Part shown: positions 10,427-17,657 of the stretch, piece after piece
How the letters are laid out: every line of letters starts with the position of its first letter
Position numbering within the stretch: position 1 is the stretch's first letter
Virus record (IMG/VR): IMGVR_UViG_3300035698_018317
Location: 161,285-225,284 of that record
Direction: 5' to 3' (one strand)
DNA: 64,000 nt
Notes under the pieces: model-generated
Seen by the model: the letters and a program-made list of their open reading frames with translations, nothing else
The model's database searches: none
Told to the model about the DNA's origin: nothing
Translations under genes and position numbers: made by a program

Positions 10427-10513
10427 ATGAACACGAATACGTTTTATTTTAGTCTAAGCTTATTATCCTCATCGCTGCTCTTGAGCAACGATAAAGGAAC
10501 TGCTGTGGACTAA
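10427..10513 (+). CDS. putative attenuator leader peptide MNTNTFYFSLSLLSSSLLLSNDKGTAVD
   Basis: AGGA SD upstream; 15 consecutive codons encode only F/Y/S/L, the isotypes of the downstream tRNA array. Confidence 0.8.
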   Translation: MNTNTFYFSLSLLSSSLLLSNDKGTAVD

Positions 10514-10561
10514 GGTACAAAACACCTAGAGACGGGCAAAAGCCCCGAACCACAACGGTTC
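10497..10561 (+). promoter_or_regulatory. putative antiterminator helix
   Basis: GAACTGCTGTGG (10497-10508) pairs with CCACAACGGTTC (10550-10561) at 11 of 12 positions, mutually exclusive with the terminator stem. Confidence 0.65.
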
Positions 10562-10573
10562 GGGGCTTTTTTT
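10538..10573 (+). terminator. intrinsic terminator (attenuator) upstream of tRNA array
   Basis: AAAAGCCCCGAACC-ACAAC-GGTTCGGGGCTTTT followed by TTT. Confidence 0.9.
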
Positions 10574-10584
10574 GTTGTATTTTT

Positions 10585-10673
10585 GGAAAATAGGCAGATA
10601 TTGGCTTGCTGCGCTGGTTTGCTAAACCAGTTGGCCTGAAAGGGTCATGAGGGTTCGAATCCCTTGTTTTCCG
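10585..10673 (+). tRNA. trnS: tRNA-Ser(GCT)
   Basis: Acceptor GGAAAAT/GTTTTCC, anticodon arm CTGGT-TTGCTAA-ACCAG, long variable arm, TTCGAAT T-loop; CCA not encoded. Confidence 0.92.
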
Positions 10674-10676
10674 TTT

Positions 10677-10764
10677 GGAAAGTAGCCGAATATTGGTTTG
10701 TCGGGCTAGTTTCGAAAACTAGTTGGCCTTCGGGTCATAAGGGTTCGATTCCTCTTACTTTCCG
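10677..10764 (+). tRNA. trnS: tRNA-Ser(CGA)
   Basis: GGAAAGT/ACTTTCC, CTAGT-TTCGAAA-ACTAG, long variable arm. Confidence 0.92.
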
Positions 10765-10833
10765 TGGTGACGATTGCCAATGCAACGCTAGGTTGCATTA
10801 GTTTAAATAAATTTAAAAGTGAATATTGCCATC

Positions 10834-10905
10834 GGGCGGTTAACACTGTGGTCAGTGTGCTGGATTGAAGTCCCAGAAAAGTTGGTTCGATACCATCACC
10901 GCCCA
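10834..10905 (+). tRNA. atypical tRNA-Phe(GAA)-like
   Basis: GGGCGGT/ACCGCCC acceptor, D stem ACAC/GTGT, loop TTGAAGT with A31-C39 mismatch and a T-stem mismatch. Confidence 0.65.
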
Positions 10906-10923
10906 TTTTATGTACACTCCAAC

Positions 10924-10997
10924 GGTGGTTAGAGTGTGACGGTAGCACGGGTGAGCCTGAAACTCATCAAGAATGGGTTCGATTCCCATAACCACCA
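10924..10997 (+). tRNA. atypical tRNA, anticodon loop CCTGAAA (TGA in register; possibly Phe-derived)
   Basis: GGTGGTT/AACCACC, GTGAG/CTCAT anticodon stem, ATGGG-TTCGATT-CCCAT; C33 instead of U33; short variable loop, unlike Ser tRNAs. Confidence 0.6.
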
Positions 10998-11003
10998 TTA
11001 GTC

Positions 11004-11078
11004 GGAGCTTTGGTACTGGTCTGGTGACAGTGTGCGCCTGAAGAGCGTAAAAGTTCGGTTCGATTCCGAAAGGCTCCA
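11004..11078 (+). tRNA. trnF: tRNA-Phe(GAA) variant with G37
   Basis: GGAGCTT/AGGCTCC, TGCGC-CTGAAGA-GCGTA, TTCGG-TTCGATT-CCGAA. Confidence 0.75.
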
Positions 11079-11093
11079 TTTAGTTGTAAAAAC

Positions 11094-11166
11094 GCTGCGG
11101 TAGCTCAGTTGGTAGAGCACTAGACTGAAAATCTAGGTGTCGCTGGTTCGATTCCAGTCCGTAGCA
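11094..11166 (+). tRNA. trnF: tRNA-Phe(GAA), canonical
   Basis: GCTGCGG/CCGTAGC, GCTCAGTTGGTAGAGC D arm, CTAGA-CTGAAAA-TCTAG. Confidence 0.95.
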
Positions 11167-11168
11167 TT

Positions 11169-11316
11169 GGATATTCACATGGCGGAATATATTGTTTCAT
11201 TGACCCTTGTTCTTTATAGAAATGCAAATGGAACTACAAGGCACACGCAGCTTTCTTCGGGAAGTGTGACCTCCCAGCCGAGGTCTTGTCCGTTCAATTC
11301 GGACTGTGAATATCCT
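11169..11316 (+). ncRNA. 148-nt tRNA-like structured RNA
   Basis: 11-bp terminal stem GGATATTCACA/TGTGAATATCC stacked on T arm GTCCG-TTCAATT-CGGAC; internal helices CCTTGT/ACAAGG, CACAC/GTGTG with UUCG hairpin, ACCTC/GAGGT. Confidence 0.65.
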
Positions 11317-11320
11317 AAAC

Positions 11321-11402
11321 GGCAGTATTGAGCAATTGGCTGCTCCCCAGATTGTAAATCTGGCGTCGAAAGGCATTGAAGGTTCGAGTCCTTCTGCTGC
11401 CA
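11321..11402 (+). tRNA. trnY: tRNA-Tyr(GTA) copy 1
   Basis: GGCAGTA/TGCTGCC, CCAGA-TTGTAAA-TCTGG, long variable arm. Confidence 0.92.
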
Positions 11403-11405
11403 GTT

Positions 11406-11636
11406 ATGAGTAAGAAAGATGAAAATAAGCGTAGAGAATACCAAATGCAGAATTATTCCGTGTATTATTTTCCTATAACAGGAGAAGTAATGTGTTGCCC
11501 AAAAAAAAGAAGTGTATTTGGCGAGTTGCACGACCACCACTATTACATAAATTATTGTACTGATTGTGGGCAGCGAGTAAAACTTTTTGTTGCTAAAAGA
11601 AAACGTGTAGTTTGTGAACGTTGTAAAAAAGATTAG
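11406..11636 (+). CDS. small Zn-finger-like hypothetical protein within tRNA array
   Basis: ATG right after tRNA-Tyr; CTDC...CERC. Confidence 0.6.
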   Translation: MSKKDENKRREYQMQNYSVYYFPITGEVMCCPKKRSVFGELHDHHYYINYCTDCGQRVKLFVAKRKRVVCERCKKD

Positions 11637-11644
11637 TCTATTTC

Positions 11645-11726
11645 GGCAGTATTGAGCAATTGGCCGCTCAGCGGACTGTAAATCCGCCGCCTTCGGGCAT
11701 TGAAGGTTCGAGTCCTTCTGCTGCCA
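11645..11726 (+). tRNA. trnY: tRNA-Tyr(GTA) copy 2
   Basis: Same acceptor and T arms as copy 1, with GCGGA-CTGTAAA-TCCGC anticodon arm. Confidence 0.93.
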
Positions 11727-11732
11727 TTATTA

Positions 11733-11838
11733 GCCCCCGTGACGGAATTGGCAGACGTGCGAGTTTTAAGGGTTTAAGAACCCACTAAAAGAAACTCGTG
11801 TCCATACGGGCGTACAGGTTCGAGTCCTGTCGGGGGCA
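11733..11838 (+). tRNA. Leu-body tRNA with 22-nt insertion in anticodon arm (TAA if insertion is at 37/38)
   Basis: GCCCCCG/CGGGGGC, Leu-type D arm TGACGGAATTGGCAGACG, stem CGAGT/ACTCG enclosing 29 nt with an inner GGGTT/AACCC hairpin. Confidence 0.75.
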
Positions 11839-12060
11839 TTAAGATTCAAATTCTTTTTGAATCATCTCCATTACTTTGTTAAAATCTTTTTCACTAGTTG
11901 TTTTGGTTTGAACGTATTCGGCAGCTTTATCTATAGTGAGACCGCCTGTGCGAATGCTATTTACCATCTTACTAGCTAATTTATTTAAATTTAATTCACC
12001 ATAACCCCCAACAAGTGGTGGCATTAATCTTGATTCTAACCATGTGTTAAAAGTTTTCAT
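11839..12060 (-). CDS. small protein with CTS-like N-terminus (MKTFNTWLES), antisense within tRNA array
   Basis: Fills the gap between two tRNA genes exactly; shared N-terminal motif; ATAGATA upstream. Confidence 0.65.
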   Translation of the reverse strand: MKTFNTWLESRLMPPLVGGYGELNLNKLASKMVNSIRTGGLTIDKAAEYVQTKTTSEKDFNKVMEMIQKEFES

Positions 12061-12073
12061 AATGTATCTATTC

Positions 12074-12158
12074 GCCCTAGTGACGGAATTGGCAGACGTG
12101 CTGGCCTTAAAAGCCGGTGTCAATATATGGCGTGCAGGTTCGAGTCCTGTCTAGGGTA
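12074..12158 (+). tRNA. trnL: tRNA-Leu(TAA)
   Basis: GCCCTAG/CTAGGGT, CTGGC-CTTAAAA-GCCGG, long variable arm. Confidence 0.92.
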
Positions 12159-12160
12159 TT

Positions 12161-12233
12161 TTCTGGGGACGTGGTGTGCAGAATGAAGTTAGGACTACAC
12201 AAGGCTTATAGGTTCGAGTCCTATCACGGAACA
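12161..12233 (+). pseudogene. degenerate tRNA-like element
   Basis: Intact T arm ATAGG-TTCGAGT-CCTAT and imperfect acceptor TTCTGGG/CACGGAA; no recognisable D or anticodon arm. Confidence 0.45.
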
Positions 12234-12238
12234 TCTCT

Positions 12239-12326
12239 GGAAAGCAGCCGAATATTGGTTTGTCGGGCTAGTTTTGAAAACTAGTTGGCCTCCGGGTCAT
12301 AAGGGTTCGATTCCTCTTGCTTTCCT
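12239..12326 (+). tRNA. trnS: tRNA-Ser(TGA)
   Basis: GGAAAGC/GCTTTCC, CTAGT-TTTGAAA-ACTAG. Confidence 0.9.
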
Positions 12327-12329
12327 TTT

Positions 12330-12418
12330 GGATGGGAGCCGAATATTGGTTTGTCGGGCTAGTTTGGAAAACTAGTTGGCCTGAAAGGGTCATTAGGGTC
12401 CAATTCCCTACTCATCCG
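12330..12418 (+). tRNA. trnS: tRNA-Ser(GGA)
   Basis: GGATGGG/CTCATCC, CTAGT-TTGGAAA-ACTAG; T-loop variant TCCAATT. Confidence 0.85.
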
Positions 12419-12476
12419 TTCGAATAAAAATATAAAAATTATTCGAACCTTTACTATTATATAGTGGAGGTAAAAA

Positions 12477-13037
12477 ATGAAAGAAAATATTCTTAGATTA
12501 AGAAAAGAAGGAAAATCATATGGAGAAATACAAAAAGAGCTAGGTTGTTCTAAAAGCACAATCTCATATCACTGTGGAGAAGGGCAGAGGGAAAAACAGG
12601 TTGAGAGGCAAAGGCAATTCAGAAAAAACAATGTAATTACTAGAAGAATTGGTTCGTTTACACAAAACAGACCTAAAAAAAAGAACAAACAACCTAAATT
12701 TGAAAGAAGCGTAACTCAAAAAACACAAGAAAAAAGTTATGATTTCCAACGCAAACAAAAATGTTCTAAATTTAATTTCAAAGATGTATTAGAGCATTAT
12801 GGAGAACAAACAACATGTTACTTATCTGGAAGACTTATTGATTTATCAGAACCTAGAACTTATCATTTTGACCATATAATTCCGGTTTCAAAAGGAGGAG
12901 ATTGTAGTTTTGAAAACTTAGGAATTGTTCGTAAAGAAGCAAATAGGGCTAAAAGTGACCTATTAGTAGAAGAATTTATTGAGCTTTGTAAAGACATTCT
13001 CGAATACAATGGTTATACAGTAATTAAAAACGATTAA
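12477..13037 (+). CDS. HNH homing endonuclease with N-terminal HTH
   Basis: LRKEGKSYGEIQKELGCSKSTISYH HTH; CYLSG...HFDHIIPVSKGG...ENLG...N..K. Confidence 0.85.
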   Translation: MKENILRLRKEGKSYGEIQKELGCSKSTISYHCGEGQREKQVERQRQFRKNNVITRRIGSFTQNRPKKKNKQPKFERSVTQKTQEKSYDFQRKQKCSKFNFKDVLEHYGEQTTCYLSGRLIDLSEPRTYHFDHIIPVSKGGDCSFENLGIVRKEANRAKSDLLVEEFIELCKDILEYNGYTVIKND

Positions 13038-13065
13038 TTATCAAACTAAAACAATATATAATGTT

Positions 13066-14052
13066 ATGGGTGCTCAAACTACAGAGGGAACAGGATTTGG
13101 TTCTGCTGAAGGTCCAATTAGAGGACTAGGCGATGTAACCAAGATTCTAAAAAAGAATGCTGATGGGTCAGCATTCTCAAGTGAAGATAGCGTCATTAGA
13201 GAAACTAGTGGCGGTGATGCTGTAGATATACCTATAGACCCAATAGATGGCTTAGATGCTGAAAATGTTCAAGAAGCTTTAGAAGAACTCCAAGAAGAAG
13301 TTGAGGCTGGTGGGATTCCACCATTAGCGGAAAACATCACTGTTATACCAGTTGGAGATTTAACATCAACAAATGTACAAGATGCGTTAGAAGAACATCA
13401 GGATGACATAGATAATATCGAATCAGATGTTGCTATAAATGCATTTGATATTTTTACTAATGCCACAAATATTGATGGAAAAATAGATAAGATTTCTGCT
13501 CCGGTTACTGGGAATTTCCCATTAATTACGGCGACTGGTGAGGTGTCTAATTCTACGGTGGGTCCAGATGATTATTATACTCAGGGAGAAATAGACGCTT
13601 TAGAATACAGTCACTCTAGCTTATTAGACCTTCAAGGTGGAAGTGCTTCAGAAAGATACCATTTAACAAATGCACAACATACCAATTTAACTGATGGCGA
13701 CCCCACATTTGATACGATTGTTTTAAATGATATTATCCTTAATGACAGCCAAGCCACAACAAAAGAATATGTAGATTCTATAGTAGCTGGTTCTGGTGCT
13801 TGGTTAGACCCTGTAATTGACTTCAGTACAGAAGCAGCAGCCACAGAAACTACTGGCTTTCGCTATATTGCCTCTGCGGATGGTTCGACTTGGACAAAAG
13901 ATAATATTTATGAATATAATGGTGCATCGTGGGATGAAACAGTAATAGCTTCAGGAAATACTACTTTTGTAGAAGATTTAGGATTAGTCTACTTATTCAC
14001 TGGAACTAGTTGGGTTGATACTGGTGGAGTGTTCCAAATCATAATGACTTAG
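13066..14052 (+). CDS. virion fibre/structural protein, N-terminal part (frameshifted into next ORF)
   Basis: Acidic, Gly/Thr-rich; TNVQDALEE and LQGG..ERYHLT motifs; reading continues in the -1 frame past 14040. Confidence 0.7.
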   Translation: MGAQTTEGTGFGSAEGPIRGLGDVTKILKKNADGSAFSSEDSVIRETSGGDAVDIPIDPIDGLDAENVQEALEELQEEVEAGGIPPLAENITVIPVGDLTSTNVQDALEEHQDDIDNIESDVAINAFDIFTNATNIDGKIDKISAPVTGNFPLITATGEVSNSTVGPDDYYTQGEIDALEYSHSSLLDLQGGSASERYHLTNAQHTNLTDGDPTFDTIVLNDIILNDSQATTKEYVDSIVAGSGAWLDPVIDFSTEAAATETTGFRYIASADGSTWTKDNIYEYNGASWDETVIASGNTTFVEDLGLVYLFTGTSWVDTGGVFQIIMT

Positions 14053-16511
14053 ATGGTCTTCAAGGAGGTTCTGGAGACGATACAGAACAGTATCACTTAA
14101 CACAAGCAGCACATGACATAGCAGAAACATTCAATGTAAGTACTCCATCTAATTTTGATAAATTAGTATACGATAGCGGGTCAAGCGAATGGGTGAATGA
14201 TAATCCAGACGAAATTTATCATAAATCTTCTGATGAAATATTGACAGAAACTCATGGTATTTTCTTTGTAAATGCCTCTGGAGGGGATGTCACACTGACT
14301 ATAGCTGACAGTGCTCTAAATAATAACAATTCTGGAATAATGAGATTTTATAAGTCATCGAATGATGAATTTGAAGTCATTATTGTAACTTCTGGTGGGC
14401 AAAACATTGGCACTGATACATCCCAAACCATTTGGAAAATTGATGAAGGATTTTCTTGCATTAGTGATTATAATGGAGGTGTAAATTCTGGATGGAGGAT
14501 TGTTCAAGATAGCAGAACATTCACAGGTCAAGTTTCTAAAATTTTCCAAGTAGCTACTCAAGGAGCCGAATACACATCTGTAGTCGATGCTATTGCTGAT
14601 ATTAACCTTATTGGGGATGCATCTGCTACTATTAAGTATGTTATTGATGTGGCACCCGGAATCTATACAGAAGACCCATTTGTTGTGCCTGATTATGTTT
14701 CTATAATGGGTAAAAACGATGAAGCTACATTTATAAAAACAAATGATAATACTGTAACGTTTATTGAATTAGGTCATAATTCTGTTCTTTACAACCTTAG
14801 AGTAGATGGTGACTCACCTGTTACAAATGCGGTAGTTAGCGTATATTGTACTGATGAATCTGAATTGGTTAGAGTTGTTTTTCAAAACTCAGGAACATGT
14901 GTAAAAACAGTAAGTGGATTTACAACTGTTGAGTCTTGTAAGTTTAAGGATAGTTGTAATATAGGAATTGAGGTCACTGGTGGTATTGTAGGGTCAACGA
15001 GCCTATTTTCAGAAGTTTCAGATATATTCCTCTATGCAAATGGCGGCCTTCTTGTTGCCAACAACATGTTTAGTTCCAATGCCACAACCCATTTATACGC
15101 AAATAATGGTGGAACTTTACAACCAAATTTAATTAATTGTGAATTTGGAACAAATGTGTTGAGAACTGGAACAACTGGTGTAAACACAATTACAGGCTCT
15201 AATATTCATGGCGAAAGCTCTCAAACATGGCATGTTTTGCAAGAAGCCGCATCTGGAGAGATGCATCTAACTGCAAATTTATTGTTAGCGACGAAAATTT
15301 CTATGGTAAGTCCTGAAAATATCACTATTGATTTCAATAGTGAGTTAGAAGGAGATGAAGGCCATGTGTTTTATGAAGAGCTTCAAGTAGGGGCACCAGA
15401 AAAAGGCAGAGAATCTGTATTTGGTGAGGGAGATAGTTACACTCGTGGAATGTTGGTATATACCGAAACGGCAGGCGGTGTATTTGTCGATGAATCTGAA
15501 GCCGCAGCGAGTGCTTCTGGCTCAACTTTTGAATTCACGGGTGTTGCTGCCGACAACGCAATCTATGTTTCTTCAGATTTGCAAGACGTAACAGACTACA
15601 AACAATTTTTAGGAATTAAAGCTAGTATTATTGTTGCAGCAACAGGAACGGGAGAAATAGTAACCGAATATTGGGATGGTTCAAGTTGGACGGAATTTAA
15701 TAATATGTCAGCGGAAGCTGATGTCCCTTACACTCAACATGCAAATAACATATTTGAGCGTACAGGTTCAGAGCAAATTAGATTTCAAGATATATCTTTA
15801 TCTTCGGCAACATGGACAAAAAATGACCCATTAACACTTGGCGACCCCAATCAGGGAACTAATAGATTTTGGGTTAGGTTCAGAATAGATTCACTGCTAA
15901 TTACAGCTCCAATATTTCAGCAATTCAAAGTCCATAGCAATAGAACCGAAATTAATGCTGATGGATTTGTTGAATATATGGGAGGGGCAAGAAAAAGAAT
16001 CAGCATTGAAGGAATTAATTTAGGAAACACATTTGAAATTGATGGGTTTGCTCCTAAAGACAATACTGTTGATTTCGGTCCCACAATCAATCTTAAAGTT
16101 AAGAAAAATAAATTTGAAGATACCAAACTAGACGGTTTTGGACAAGCGATTGCAGTGCCAGATGGTTTGGATACTTCTATGCCATTAAGATATGTAGTTC
16201 GATGGTCGCTAAATTCCGATGAACCGTCTGGTGATGTTGCATTGGATTTTGTATACGGACAAGCACAAGTAGGCACGATATTAGATGGCACTAATACAGA
16301 AGTTATAATCACCGACATTACCACTACTGTAGCAAATACAGCCGATGAAATTTATGAGACTGTATACTCATTCTCTATCACAAGCTCGCTGCCTGAAGAC
16401 GGATTATTTATAGTTCTTAAAAGAGATGCAGATGGAGGTGCTACTGGAGATACTTATGGTGGTGATGTATATATTGTAAATACTGAGTTGCTTGGGTATT
16501 TTTGGCATTAA
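14031..16511 (+). CDS. virion fibre/structural protein, C-terminal part (beta-helix-like)
   Basis: Frame open from 14019 to 16511; begins VPNHNDLDGLQGGSGDDTEQYHLT, a repeat of the upstream motif; ORF track starts it at 14193. Confidence 0.7.
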   Translation, partial: VPNHNDLDGLQGGSGDDTEQYHLTQAAHDIAETFNVSTPSNFDKLVYDSGSSEWVNDNPDEIYHKSSDEILTETHGIFFVNASGGDVTLTIADSALNNNNSGIMRFYKSSNDEFEVIIVTSGGQNIGTDTSQTIWKIDEGFSCISDYNGGVNSGWRIVQDSRTFTGQVSKIFQVATQGAEYTSVVDAIADINLIGDASATIKYVIDVAPGIYTEDPFVVPDYVSIMGKNDEATFIKTNDNTVTFIELGHNSVLYNLRVDGDSPVTNAVVSVYCTDESELVRVVFQNSGTCVKTVSGFTTVESCKFKDSCNIGIEVTGGIVGSTSLFSEVSDIFLYANGGLLVANNMFSSNATTHLYANNGGTLQPNLINCEFGTNVLRTGTTGVNTITGSNIHGESSQTWHVLQEAASGEMHLTANLLLATKISMVSPENITIDFNSELEGDEGHVFYEELQVGAPEKGRESVFGEGDSYTRGMLVYTETAGGVFVDESEAAASASGSTFEFTGVAADNAIYVSSDLQDVTDYKQFLGIKASIIVAATGTGEIVTEYWDGSSWTEFNNMSAEADVPYTQHANNIFERTGSEQIRFQDISLSSATWTKNDPLTLGDPNQGTNRFWVRFRIDSLLITAPIFQQFKVHSNRTEINADGFVEYMGGARKRISIEGINLGNTFEIDGFAPKDNTVDFGPTINLKVKKNKFEDTKLDGFGQAIAVPDGLDTSMPLRYVVRWSLNSDEPSGDVALDFVYGQAQVGTILDGTNTEVIITDITTTVANTADEIYETVYSFSITSSLPEDGLFIVLKRDADGGATGDTYGGDVYIVNTELLGYFWH

Positions 16512-16534
16512 AATTATTTTACTATATTAAATAC

Positions 16535-17080
16535 ATGAAATACAAGTGTTCAATATATAAAGAAGAGCCGGAACACTGCCGAGATTACCCATGGAACGAG
16601 GCAAATGACCTTTTTCCTAGTTGTATTTTCTACAATGCAGAAACAGACACAATAATTACAGAAGAAACAGTCTTGGAAACAAAAACAAAAGAAGAGCTTC
16701 AAGAATACTGCATTAGTTGTGGAAAATGTTGTTTTTATTGGGAAGATGGTAAACCAGTAATTCCTTGTTCGGCATTAGAAATCACAGAAGATGTAATAAG
16801 TGAGGAAGTGATAAGAGCCGAAATAAAGTCACAAAACTTGTCAGATGGGTCATTTATACAATGGAAATATGCAGATACAAAAATGTTAGTCGGTTATTTT
16901 GATGGCTTGCATTCTTTTCGTGCGACGTTTAACCCAGCCACTTTAGAGTGGGATGCGATGCGACGAATTACGGCTGACTTTGCAAAAATGAGTGGACATA
17001 AGATTCTTGCAGAAGCGATGGTTGCATGTGAGGTTGAAGCTTATCATAGGCAAAAAAGACGCTGTTTTATAATGAGCTAG
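16535..17080 (+). CDS. YkgJ-like cysteine-cluster protein (motif order permuted)
   Basis: KCSIYKEEPEHCRDYPW followed later by CISCGKCC...PCSAL. Confidence 0.6.
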   Translation: MKYKCSIYKEEPEHCRDYPWNEANDLFPSCIFYNAETDTIITEETVLETKTKEELQEYCISCGKCCFYWEDGKPVIPCSALEITEDVISEEVIRAEIKSQNLSDGSFIQWKYADTKMLVGYFDGLHSFRATFNPATLEWDAMRRITADFAKMSGHKILAEAMVACEVEAYHRQKRRCFIMS

Positions 17081-17624
17081 TTATCTCATCGACCATATGG
17101 CCTAGTTTTTCAACTGACATTTTAAGTGATTCATTTCGGAAAGCATTTGTCATGTTTGGGAAATCTTGGACACTTTCTTCCATGGCAAGTGTCAACATAA
17201 TTACAGCATCATAAGTGGCAATCGCAATGCTTCGAATTGGCTCTTCTTTTGTTTCTATGTTAGATTTTTTTTGTATTGCCGTGTCTCTTAGCTTCTTGGA
17301 TGTCTGCCTGATACTTTCAACAGATTTTTCTTTATAAGGATGGTTTTCCCAAACTCGTGTTGTGTATAGTTCTTTAGAGTATTCTCGGATTACCTTTCGA
17401 ATAATACCCATCTCTTCAGATATGTGCCCTAATTCGTATCGCAAACCATTATCACCTAATGCTTTTCCAAGAGACCCTAAAATACAATGAGCAGCTTCAG
17501 CAAAACTCTGAGCACCTATTTCGTATTCTGTATTTGACTCATAACCACCTGCGTCGGGTAAGCCGCCATATGCTTGCGTGGCGATAGGACATGCTTCTTG
17601 AATTAACCAATTTTTGAAGTTCAT
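17067..17624 (-). CDS. hypothetical protein with CTS-like N-terminus (MNFKNWLIQE)
   Basis: Shared N-terminal motif; TATATATA upstream. Confidence 0.7.
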   Translation of the reverse strand: MNFKNWLIQEACPIATQAYGGLPDAGGYESNTEYEIGAQSFAEAAHCILGSLGKALGDNGLRYELGHISEEMGIIRKVIREYSKELYTTRVWENHPYKEKSVESIRQTSKKLRDTAIQKKSNIETKEEPIRSIAIATYDAVIMLTLAMEESVQDFPNMTNAFRNESLKMSVEKLGHMVDEITSSL

Positions 17625-17657
17625 AAAATTATATATACAGTTTGTGCTCAAAAACAA

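Noticed and set aside
11169-11316. tmRNA or bacterial Y RNA (YrlA) identity for the 148-nt RNA
   Set aside because: It is too short for tmRNA and lacks the G3-U70 alanine determinant and a tag ORF; its T arm abuts the terminal stem in tRNA topology rather than the permuted YrlA topology
10706-11540. ORF-track proteins overlapping the tRNA array (10706-10948, 10852-11079, 11137-11331, 11214-11540; also 18299-18556 and 18967-19248)
   Set aside because: They are antisense or overlapping translations of tRNA genes (GIEP/GFES-type shadow peptides), not real CDS
11733-11838. Strict bulge-helix-bulge archaeal intron, or group I intron, in the extended-arm tRNAs
   Set aside because: Opposite-strand 3-nt bulges are not both present (only a BHL-like junction), and 22 nt is far too short for a self-splicing intron; kept only as a hypothesis
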